Positions 1-11,102 of a stretch of 64,000 bases of DNA are shown here, piece after piece (position 1 is the stretch's first letter; each line of letters starts with the position of its first letter). This DNA is from Neophaeotheca triangularis. Taxonomy: Eukaryota. Below the pieces are notes generated by a model that searched no databases, was not told the origin of the DNA, and worked only from the letters and a program-made list of their open reading frames with translations. Made by a program: the position numbers and the translations under genes. The stretch is taken from assembly GCA_054600435.1 (NCBI GenBank), contig BAAIJX010000022.1, forward strand, positions 1 through 64,000, in the 5' to 3' direction.

Positions 1-121
1 ACCCTAACCCTAACCCTAACCCTAACCCTAACCCTAACCCTAACCCTAACCCTAACCCTAACCCTAACCCTAACCCTAACCCTAACCCTAACCCTAACCC
101 TAACCCTAACCCTAACCCTAA
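1..121. repeat. Telomeric repeat array (CCCTAA)n, ~20 copies; left chromosome end
   Basis: Perfect CCCTAA tandem from base 1, ending abruptly at gataggctag. Confidence 0.98.
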
Positions 122-3100
122 GATAGGCTAGCTAGGTTTATATTTGTTCTATTACCTCTACTATTCATGCGTTCTATGTACGAAGACTATTAATCTTAGT
201 AACCATGTCTTCTTACGTGATCTGATCTAGAGGTCTTTAGGCTACTATTTATATAATGACAACGTATAATAGGTAGGGTAGACTCTACCCTGTCGTACGA
301 TTTGAAAGAGTATATTATAATGTTATAGGTAAGCCTAAGATTAAGCTAATTAATAGAGTTCCTATTTAATAAGGATAATACACTAAGGAGTAAAAGGAAG
401 AGAAGAGACTTCCTTTAGGAAGAACCCTTAAAATGAGGCTAAACGCTAAGAGGCCGAGTAATTATACCCTAGGTTCTAGAAGTATAGGGAAGCTAGAGGA
501 ACCTATAATAGGGATAAAGTCCGTAGTTACTAAGCTATCCTTGCTAGTGACCTAGTATATAACTTTACCTAATAGGTTCCTCTAGACTTCGAGCGAAACA
601 CGATAGGTATATAGCTCGCTAAGGATATAGGGCTTTAATAACTATTCTACTACTAGTATTAGTATACGAATAATGACCTAGCTAACCTAAACAGGCGCGT
701 TAGGAACCTACCTAATAAAGGTAACCGCATCTCTATTCGCTACTATAATGCCTAGACTAATAGATAATAGTAGTCTCGTAATTAGTAGTCGAGCGCGCTT
801 AGTAATATCTCTTGTCATGACATTAATATCTATACTAGAATTAAGGAGTATAGTCATGTTAGTCTTTCCGATCCTTATCTTATAGATAGGAGAGTTATTA
901 CGATAAACTAGGTCTTCTCCTATAAGATCGTCGACATTACGAGCTATTATGTAGAGTAGGGCATTCCTTAATGCTATAGTATTCTATTAACGTCGATTAA
1001 CTAAATCATGAGTAGTAGTAATAGTAGGTAACATAGAAGTACCTCTAGTAGTAGACTTCTTTACTTTATAGGTAAGACGCTATTATATAGTAGTTATGTC
1101 TATTTCTCGTTATATGTCATTAGCTAGTCCCTTAGGTAAAGGGCTAAATAGTAGCTTTTAGACACCTAGTATCTTCGCTAAGATATCTATATAGTTTATA
1201 GTAACATTACTACTAAGGAGTATCTCTAGCATTATAGCGTTATCGTACTAATTCTAGATAAGGACACTAAGGAGCTTAGTATGTCTAGAGGCATACTACT
1301 TTGTCGCTAGTAGCGCTAGCTACTAATAGTCTTCGTTATTAGTATCCCTTTCCTCGACTAGTCGATTAATTAGCGAGTCGTAGGGAATAGTCTAGCTTCT
1401 CTCGTAGGCTACACTATCTACTAGTCTCTTATACTCGCTAGGCCTTAGGGTTATGTAGACCTTAGGAGTAGCTAGCTTCTTATACACTCTTATGTCTAGG
1501 TCTTAAACCGGCCCTAGCTAGATCGAGTCTACATTAGATATAGGGAGATGTCGTCCTCATCCTTAGAGGTATCGGAACGGGATAACGGTAGGAGTATAGT
1601 TATAAAGCGAACTGTAGGACTTTATGTAGCGACAGGTACGAACCGGTTCTCGCTCTATTTAATCTTCTACTTAATAGTATTAAGCCGGTTTTCTCGTAGA
1701 AGTCTTTAAAGCTTATCCCCCGGGTTCTAAATAGATCCCTATTAGATATGTTTACTACTTAGGTCTAAGTGTATAAGTCCCTTACTAATAAGCTTAAGGA
1801 ATCTAGAGTAGGTTATCTACCTATATAGACTACTATATATAAAGTAGCTACCTAGCGCTATCCTATAAGCTATATTAGGGGTACTATAACCCTAACTAGG
1901 GTACTATATATAGTTATTGAAATTAGAGGAAGTAGTAGTAGGGGCATAAGTAGCCTGTTTAGGAATAGAGAGCTATAGAGCTATCTAGAAGATATTAGTT
2001 ATAGCTCTAGCTAGAATGTTAGACATAGTGAACCTATAGTAACTAGCGTTTTTAACCATAATAGCTAGGTCTATAGCATTTAGCTTAAGTATCTTAAACT
2101 TAGCTACTAGTTCGTCTATTTCCTTTTCAGAAGTAGGTTGTTTAAGGAAGTTAGGTACTAGATATCTCTAATCCCTAAAAGCTAGCGCTAGGAATACTAC
2201 TGTAGGTACTAGTATATAAATAGTAGGTTTCTCGCTAGTCTCTATACGAGCTATAGTATTATGGACTGAATTTAACATCTCTAAGGATTAGTTAGTACGA
2301 ACCTTATCCTTAATAGCGCTAAATAGCTATTAGTACTCGATAGACTTACTAGGTATAAGTAGATTGATCTAGAACTTATAGATAAGGCGCTCCTATAAGT
2401 TATGAGGTAAGCTATAGAGGAAGTACTTCATAATCTCTAGTCCCCTAAGGGGGTAACCCTAGTCTTTAGCCTTATAAATAATGCTCTCGAAGCCGCGAAC
2501 ATACTCTAGGATCCTGTTTAGATAGCTAGTAGCCTTACTCTTAGCTATAAAACCTATAAGTACTTTAATACTTCTAGTAAGTCGCTTAGAGTCGAAGTCT
2601 CTAAACTTAACCTTTATAGTAGTAAAGATATCTACTAACGAGCCGTCGTACTCAAGGTCTAACACCTAGGCCTAGACATTATCGCTAATATAGCTATCGA
2701 GTAGTTTAGCTACGTAATAGGAATTAAACCTAAACTAGATATACATCTTCTTATACTTCTATATAAAGCTTATAAGGTTACTACTATTAAAGTAGGCCGC
2801 CCTAGACTTATAGGGACTTAGGGGAGGCACTATAATTATATACCCTAAGGTATTAGTAGGATATAACAATAGGGACGCCCTAGGGCTATCCCTACTAGAT
2901 CCTAGGGTAAAGATAGAGGTAAATAGTATAGAGGAGGTAGTAGGCCCTATGTTCTACATGTCTTCTAGGGTAAGGGAAACGTTAAGAGGGGAACTAGACA
3001 TATTTTTAGTTATTTATTCAGTTTTCTAGGAGTAGTAGTAATAGGGAGGTAGTATAGATAAGATAGTAGAAACTTAGAAAGTATAAGTAATAGACTAGGT

Positions 3101-3698
3101 AAGGAAGTCGAGAATGTAAGCGATGTTCTTAGTAGTAAATTTACGAAGTCGATTTTTAGTAGTCTCTTATAGTCTTTCTTCGCTCTATAGCTAAGATGAT
3201 ATCTTTTCTCTACTAAAGGTCCTAAAGGTCTAGATTCTCTAGTAGTATGTAGAAGGTTTACCTCTATTAAAATGAGACGAGTATTATTGTAGGGAACTCT
3301 AGCCTCTATGTTTTTAAAGCTCTATTAAGTTTTTAGCGATAATACTAAGTAACCTAAAACCTTATATAGTATAGATAACTATATCTAGGCTAAGTAGGAT
3401 AGTAAGGGCGAGGAAAGCTAAAGTAGTAAGTAATAGTCTAGATTATCTAGAGGCTACTATTATCGTTTCATTAGGACAGGAAAATAGTAGGGTAGAGTAA
3501 TAGGTTTCTTAGGGTTAACTATAGCGCTACTATCGCATTATCGAGTTCTTTTTCTAGTTCCTCTATTAAAGGGTAGGTCCTATAAGTAGAGTAGTCTTAT
3601 ATTAGGTATAATTCCTAGAGTATAGGTCTAGCTATTAGGATGAAGACAATATACTATCGCCCTACCTTTAGCTCTAAATATGTTAAGTAGCGCGAGTA
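122..3698 (-). mobile_element. Heavily RIP-mutated Ty3/Gypsy-like relic (family D): gag with zinc knuckle plus aspartic protease, truncated at the telomere
   Basis: Very TpA-rich. Minus frame from ~3001 reads ...AAYFNSSNL.. (gag-like), YFIYSSLYR*ITY at ~1810-1850 (de-RIP CX2CX3HX4C knuckle) and ILLNSSIDINVM at ~815-850 (de-RIP LLDSG.DINVM protease). No RT seen before the telomere. Confidence 0.7.
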
Positions 3699-4141
3699 TG
3701 TTACGGGATTTCCCGAACACAGGATTTCATTGGTTAGTATAGAAGGATCAAGAGCCAAGGAACGCAGCGTCTCGACGAAACGCGGTCGAGCTGCATCCTG
3801 ACCACACTTCGGCCGAAGACTTATGCCATGTCTCGCTTAGCTCGCGTCGAGACAGTCGACCTCGCTCGACTACTCGACGGGCGAGATGGCGAGCAGAAAT
3901 CGACTATCTCGAGAACGAGACAGTCGAGACACACGAATCTCCTTTGTATTTAGGTAGCGACATTTCCTAGATAGAGATGTGTGTTCAACTCATGTTACAA
4001 TCTTACTGAAAGGTCTACAGCGACACTTCACGTATCTTTGAAATCCTTACGACAAAGGAAACACCCTTGCCAGCCTTCTTCGATATCTCTCCTCTTCCGC
4101 TACGAGCTCTACCTGTGAGACTACCTTGTAGGATCGCAACA
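3699..4141 (+). repeat. 5' LTR of A1 (type A U3)
   Basis: Matches 10350-10792 apart from a few C/T and G/A transitions; TGTTAC...CAACA termini. Confidence 0.97.
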
Positions 4142-4181
4142 CTTTGAACACCCTCTAGGAAAGAGAGATCAATAGGCAAGT

Positions 4182-6401
4182 ATGTCCCTATCCGATAACC
4201 GAGACGCAAGCGTCGCTAGCACCTAACGAGGAGTATCGACTATGACAACTAACAAGGTTACCAAACCGGACTACTTCTACGGCGAACGCAACAAGCTAGA
4301 CGACTAGGTCAACTAGATGATGATGTTCTTTCTCATAGAAAGCGTCAGTGAGTAGAAGCAACCTCTTACTACTACTTCTTTCCTTCGAGGAGAAGCTTAA
4401 CACTAGATCCGCCCTAAGCTTACGGATTTCCTTATGGAACGAATCGACCCTAAAGGACTGTTCTCGAACTAGAAGTCTTTTGTCAAGGTCATCCGTAACG
4501 TCTATAGATTGAGCAACGATCGACAGGTTGCTATCCGGATGATTTAGCACCTCACGTAGAAAACGTCTGCCTCTTAGTACACCTCTAAGTTTTAGGAGTA
4601 CTCAGCTAAGACTGGCTAGGACGACAATACTCTCATGACTATGTACTACCGAGGACTTAAGGACAACGTGAAGGACGAACTCATGCGCTACGGAGGCGAT
4701 CAGTCAACTCTCCCCGGAATGATCAAATCGGCGATCGAAGTTGACGACGCGCTCTACGAACGGTTTATGGAAAAACGCCACACTAGACAATTTCGCGGAC
4801 GAACTAGCTATGCTACCGGTAGCCGGCCTGTCGGTTAGTAACGTCGCGATCCTGATGCGATAGAACTCGACTCCACGTAATAGCGTCCTAGGAAGGGCAA
4901 GGATAGAGGACGGGGCAAACAGAACGCCCTAGGCAAGAAACGGAACGGACCGGAATGCTATAACTGCTACAAGATAGGGCACTATGCACGAGACTGCCGT
5001 GGGAAACAGATGCGCCCACGACAGGAGGTTAATGCGATTTTGACCCGAAAGGATAACGACTCTCCTACCGATAAGAGCCACGGAGCTTACGACATCACCG
5101 GAACCTACGAAGAACCGGACCACGACGAACTTCACTAGAGGTTTTGCAAGAGGGATTACTGTTTGGTGCACAAAAGTCAGGGACTAGTGACTAACGGAAT
5201 ACCCATCAGACCTCGGAAGGAAGTGAACGTCATCGAACGAGTTACCCTAAAGTCCGGAACGGACGCGCTAATCGAGCAATACTAGAAACTTAGGGAGTTT
5301 CACGATGACTTGGTTAATCATGAGGAGTAGACTAAAGAACACTTCAACCTCATGATCTAAGTAGCCGATCAGATAGCAGATCTCAACGACAGGATCAAGG
5401 CTATAGCAGACGAAGAATCTGAGCAACTACGTAAGCCTTAGAAGGAACTCAACATGATGTCAAGACGCTAACCACTATAGCAGTCAAGGGGCGACGGCAA
5501 CGTAGCCCGAGGAAGGTCCCTACCTCTATTTGCATAGGAGGACGACAAACTGTAAGAAAACCAAGCACTATCACCGATGATGGCACTACTAACACCCGGC
5601 TTAGACAACGAAGAAATATCTTAGACACCGGAACTCACTGCAATCGTACTAACACCGGAGATTAGCCCCTTAAGACTATCGATGCCTCTAGAAATTCTAG
5701 AATCTCGAGAAGACACGACAGTGATAGATTCCGAAGACGACTCCGAATACGAATATACCGACGACGAAGAACCCGACGACAACGATACCTTAGAGTTCAT
5801 TGTGGAAGGACCCGCACTAATTAAGAAGATAGTTACCCACATCGCACGATCGTACGAAGAAGTGTTCCTAAGGATCTAAGGCAAACGACGCTTAGAACCT
5901 AACCAGTTTAAAGCCATGCTCACGCAACTACGAGCAATGTTCTAGGACTACCGAAAGGTCGCCGTCGAGTATGACGCCGCCACCTTTGTCTAGGATAGGC
6001 CACTAATGGGAAGCACTTTCCACGGAGAAAACGGCTATATTACGCCAGATAGGATACAGATCCCATACACGATAAGACAACGAGTCAAGACAGTCAAGAA
6101 TCGTTATAGAGAATTCTAGCTCATCTAGGAGCAGTGGAGAGAAGAAGAAATCACGCTACAAGAAATGAAGAAACAAGCACAGGATTCCTTAGACCAATGG
6201 ACGATAGTACCACGTGAAAAATTTCTACTACTAGTCGACCGCAAGATGATCCTCGGACACGTCAAAGCAACCACACGAGGACCTATCACCACACACGCAA
6301 TCCAAGGAAAAGTCACGATCAAACCTCGGGACGGACCCCTTTACTAGGAAGTCTCTCTTGAGACAGCGGATTCATCTACCTACTTCTCAAAAAACGAATA
6401 G
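4182..6401 (+). pseudogene. gag: gag of A1 (~740 codons, RIP stop codons)
   Basis: One frame through track ORFs 4635, 5682 and 6165; KPDYFYGERNKL start; CYNCYKIGHYARDC knuckle near 4956; ends tca aaa aac gaa tag. Confidence 0.9.
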
Positions 6402-9400
6402 GACCTGTCGCTAAGAGCAAGCGTCAGGAACTGAACAACACAAATGCTTAACACGAAATAGCATTAGGAACGGTCTTCCGAACAACATGTACTGTCGACG
6501 GATACGAAACCTTTGCCATGATAGATTCCGGAGCTAGCGGAAACTTTATCTCGGAAACGTTCGTACGTCAGCATAGGCTAGCTACCTAGAAGAAAACAGA
6601 TGGCGGGTACGAACTGATGGCCGTGGACGGCTTATCACTACCCGACGTAGATAGCGAAACAGTACCGCTACCACTTGTCTTCTAAAAGCATCACGAGCGA
6701 ATTGTCCTAGACGTTATGCCTATAGCTAGACATAACGTCGTTCTGGGCACTCCTTGGTTAGAACGACACAATCCTATAGTGGATTAGAGAAAACGAGTAC
6801 TCACATTCGATAGGTGTAGTTACGTCACTACAACCTACCCTGCGCGCCGGCAGCGATCGACGGCAGATGAGAGAAGGCAGATCAACGAAACGTATCGCTA
6901 ATCGACCACGATACCAATACGAATTGGATCGGACTCTATAGGTACCGAACTAGCCTAAACGGACTAACAAGTGAGAGTTGAGGAAGGAAGTCACGCACCT
7001 TCGGATATCCCTAGAGAATTTAGGAAATGGAAGCGCCTTTTCTAGGAAGAGGAAGGAGTAGCCGCTCTACCTAGACATTAACCATAGGACTACCGAATCG
7101 ACATTTAGCCCGGTACGAAAATACCATGGGGGCCACTTTACGCGCTATCCGAAAAAGAGCTCGAAGAGCAACGACGATAGCTAGATGAAAAAATGAAGAA
7201 AAGATAGATTCGACCCTCCACTTCATTAGCCGCTTCACCACCGTTTTTCGTTCCGAAGAAAGGAGGAAAACTACGAATGGTTATCGATTTCAGACGACTT
7301 AACGCGATCACCACCAAAAACCGTTATCCACTACCTAACATCGATGAGATAAGAGATCGACTTACCGGTTCACACTAGTTCACCAAAATCGATCTCCGGG
7401 ATGCATTCTATTCAGTCAGAATAGCAAGGGGGGAAGAGTGGAAAACAGCTTTTCGAACGCGCTACGGACTTTACGAATTCTAGGTCATGCCTATAGGACT
7501 CACGAACGCCCTAGCAACCTGTCAGCAACTCGTCAACGACATCCTACGAGACCTGCTTAATATCACTATTATCGCTTACATCGACGACATATTGGTCTTC
7601 ACGAAAAGATCACGAGAACAACACACTAAGGACGTACACGCAGTATTCGAACGACTCGACAAGGTAGACTTCAGAACAGCACTAGAGAAATGCGAGTTCT
7701 ATAAGAAGGAAGTCGACTTTCTAGGCTTTGTGATTAGCACCACCGGGATCCGAATAGACCCGAAGAAAACCCAATCGATCGAGGAATGGCTGACACCTAA
7801 GTCAGTCAAGGACATCTAAGCATTCCTCGGATTAGCTAACTACAATCGGAAATTCATGCAGGATTATTCAAGGCTCGCTACGCCTCTAACAAACCTCACG
7901 AAGAAGGACACACTATTCGTATAGGGAAAGATTTAACAACAATCCTTCGACAAGCTTAAGGAGTCATGCACGACTGCCCCTACGCTTAGGATGTTTGACC
8001 CTAAGAAACCCATCCAAATCGAAACCGATGCCTCCGACAGAGCAATAGGAGCTTGCCTCACGTAGGAGGTTGAAAGCAAACGACACCCTATCGCTTACTT
8101 CTTAAGGAAGATGTCACTAGCGGAACAGAACTACGAGATCTACGACAAAGAACTGCTCGCAATCGTTGTAGCATTGCGATACTAGAGAGTGTACTGTGAA
8201 GGAGTAACTAGACTGACTATTTACTCGGATCACAAGAACCTACAATATTTCACAACCACCAAGGAACTATTACGCCGACAATGCAGATAGTCAGAGCTAC
8301 TCGGACAATACAAGTTCGACATAGTCTACACTCCCGGAAAGGACAATAGGCGCGCCGACGCGCTAAGCAGAAGAAGCGACTACATGGAAGGACACCTTCT
8401 ATAGCAACACCGTATACTGAAAGTTAATAAGGACGGAAGCCTAAGCGCTAACCCTTAGGAATTTAACTCAGTACTGTAGGTACTACGGGATAACACCGAG
8501 GAATTCCCTATCGAACATGGGAAGTTCAGGGTTCTAGACGAAAAGGAACGCCAATGTATCTAAGACCACCACGATGGACCTACTAACGGACATCTAGGAA
8601 TCGCTAGAACAATGGAACACATCAGACGCAACTTCGTGTTCCCCGGAATGAGACAGAAGATCTCAGAGTACATTAAGAAATGTACGAGCTGCTAGCAGAA
8701 CAAAGCTTCGAGATATGCCAAATATGGAAACCTACAATTCTAGGAGCCACCGGATCTACCATGGAACGAGGTCACAATGGATTTTATTGTCAAACTACTA
8801 AGATCTAAGGACCTATCAACAAGTAAGGACTACGATTCGATCCTAGTCATGGTCGATAGACTCACGAAGTATTCACATTTCGTTCCCTACAACGAGACAA
8901 TCACTGTAGAGGAACTCGGATACCTTGTTCTCGACAGATTAGTACGATACCACGGCATTCTAACGGTTCTGATTACGGACAGAGACAAGCTCTTCACATC
9001 TAACTACTAGAAGACCTTGATTTCAGCAATTAGAGTAAAACACAAGCTATCGACAGCATTTCACCCCGAAACCGACGGACAGACAGAACGCTCAAACTAA
9101 TCCCTCGAAACGTACTTGCGACATTACATCAACTACGCTTAGGACAATTAGGTAGCGCTCTTACTTATGGCATAGCTCGCACTTAACAACAATGCCTTAG
9201 AGACAACAGGAATAACTCCGTTCTACGCAAACTTCGGAAAAGATCTAAACATGTTCATAGAACTAAAGCTAGGACCACTCGCGGAAAGAGCCCTACAAAC
9301 GTCTTCGTAGCTGCAGGAAGTACACAAATAGGCGAAAGACAAAATCACATAGTCGTAACAGCGACTCGAGTCACAGAGATACAAGGACTCTAAAACGGCA

Positions 9401-9823
9401 CCTTAGCTTAAGAAGGGGGATAAGGTGTACTTACTTACGAAAAACCTGAAGACAAGGAGACGAGCACGAAAACTAGACCATGTCAAGGTCGGACCGTTTC
9501 TGGTTAAAGAACAAAGAGGAAAAGTTAACTACCTCCTCTAACTCCCGAGAGACGCTAGAGTCTATCCAGTATTCCATATATCCTTGCTCGAACTAGCAGA
9601 CGCCGAAACACCTATCTAGGACACCTTCCACCACGATCTACTAGAGGAAGAAGCCGAATACGAGGTCGAAAAGATTCTAGACAAAGACGGTCAGAACTAC
9701 CTCGTAAAGTGGAAAGGGTATCCTACAAGCGAAAACAATTAGGAACCCAAGGACAACTTACTTAACTGCTAGAAGCTGTTACGACAGTATCGCTAGGCAG
9801 GAAAGGGTCGGTCGCGTTGTTGA
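6395..9823 (+). pseudogene. pol: pol of A1 (PR-RT-RNase H-IN-chromodomain) in the -1 frame, RIP stop codons
   Basis: AMIDSGASGNF protease; AYIDDILV RT; IETDASD RNase H; MDFIVKL...TDRDKLF integrase; [21 protein letters not shown] chromodomain. Confidence 0.93.
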
Positions 9824-10259
9824 TAAAGTCTAGCGACGACCAGACAGTAGGAGAAAGACCTACGGTCGCATCCGCAGCAGGACAATCCTCCGACTCTAGC
9901 TCTCCTAATGCGTCTATCTCCGACATAAGACACTTAGCCTTATGGCGAGCACGCGCCTTAGCCTGACGAAGAATCGCTTTATTACGCATCAACCGAGCCA
10001 TGATGCGAGCCAACTCCTCCTTATCCTCATCAACCTTTTTCTGGTATTCCTCCCGAGTACGATCTAGGGAAGCCCACGACAGATTGACGTACGCCTTGCC
10101 CTAACGAACGTACTCTGAACATTTCAATCTAGAAGAACTCTCTATGGCGATGCAGTCGTGGCCAGAAGAAAAACAGCGATCATAAGGGAACGGAACTAGG
10201 TGACCGTTGCGTTAAATCTCTTAAGCAAGACGAAGGCGGTTTTGTTTCGAGCGGGACAT
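9762..10259 (-). pseudogene. Antisense ORF3 type A (165 aa): Zn2Cys6-like cluster plus coiled coil
   Basis: ATG 10259 to stop 9762 in one frame. Consensus with the A2 copy gives PCDRCFSSGHDCIAMESSSRLKCSECVRQGKAC (CX2CX6CX10CX2CX6C), then a charged helical segment. Confidence 0.8.
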
Positions 10260-10349
10260 CGTAAGATGACGAGAGAAGAGAGAAGTGGGGAAAGGAGCTA
10301 TTTACTAAGTTACGGACCGCTTAGGACAAGCGCCCTAGGAGAGGGATAG

Positions 10350-10792
10350 TGTTACGGGATTTCCCGAACACAGGATTTCATTGGTTAGTATAGAAGGATC
10401 AAGAGCTAAGGAACGCAGCGTCTCGACGAAACGCGGTCGAGCTGCATCCTGACCACACTTCGGCCGAAGACTCATGCCATGTCTCGCTCAGCTCGCGTCG
10501 AGACAGTCGACCTCGCTCGACTACTCGACGGGCGAGATGGCGAGTAGAAATCGACTATCTCGAGAACGAGACAGTCGAGACACACGAATCTCCTTTGTAT
10601 TTAGGTAGCGACATTTCCTAGATAGAGATATGTGTTCAACTCATGTTACAATCTTACTGAAAGGTCTACAGCGACACTTCACGTATCTTTGAAATCCTTA
10701 CGACAAAGGAAACACCCTTGCCAGCCTTCTTCGATATCTCTCCTCTTCCGCTACGAGCTCTACCCGTGAGACTACCTTGTAGGATCGCAACA
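10350..10792 (+). repeat. 3' LTR of A1
   Basis: Direct repeat of 3699-4141, preceded by PPT, followed by TSD GAGTA. Confidence 0.97.
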
Positions 10793-11102
10793 GAGTACTT
10801 AAGAAGCTAGGAGACTAGTTTTACTTAGGGAAGTATTGTTCGTAATAGTTATGAATAATGTAGTAGGGTTAGAAATTAGTTAGGTTAGTCGAGTTAGTTA
10901 TAGTAGATAGAGGCTACTTTAATTAGTCGTAATTCTAACATAGTACGATAGTATAGGTTAGTATATATAGTATGTAAAAGATCTATGTCTAAGATATAAG
11001 TACTAGTATAGAGGAAGGTGTAGGTATATAAAGGGGGTAATAATAAAGCAAATACCGTAAAACAAGTATGCCTATTAGTATAATATAGGAGTCACCATAG
11101 CA
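10793..11102 (-). mobile_element. Remainder (probable 5' LTR) of relic D
   Basis: Continues the DNA interrupted by A1 (TSD). Minus strand starts TG at 11102, exactly where homology to copy C stops. Confidence 0.5.

Larger units (their letters stand above)
3699..10792 (+). mobile_element. Full-length Ty3/Gypsy chromovirus LTR retrotransposon, copy A1 (U3 type A), RIP-inactivated
   Basis: 443-bp LTRs TG...CA at 3699-4141 and 10350-10792; 5-bp TSD GAGTA (3694-3698 and 10793-10797); PPT aggagagggatag before the 3' LTR; gag, PR, RT, RNase H, IN, chromodomain in Gypsy order. Confidence 0.97.

Noticed and set aside
4015..4209. 64-aa ORF repeated at 40670-40864
   Set aside because: Antisense reading of LTR R/U5 and leader with a non-ATG start; it recurs only because the LTR is repeated.
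9762..10259. ORF3 as a retroviral env gene
   Set aside because: It is antisense, short, and has no signal peptide or transmembrane segment.
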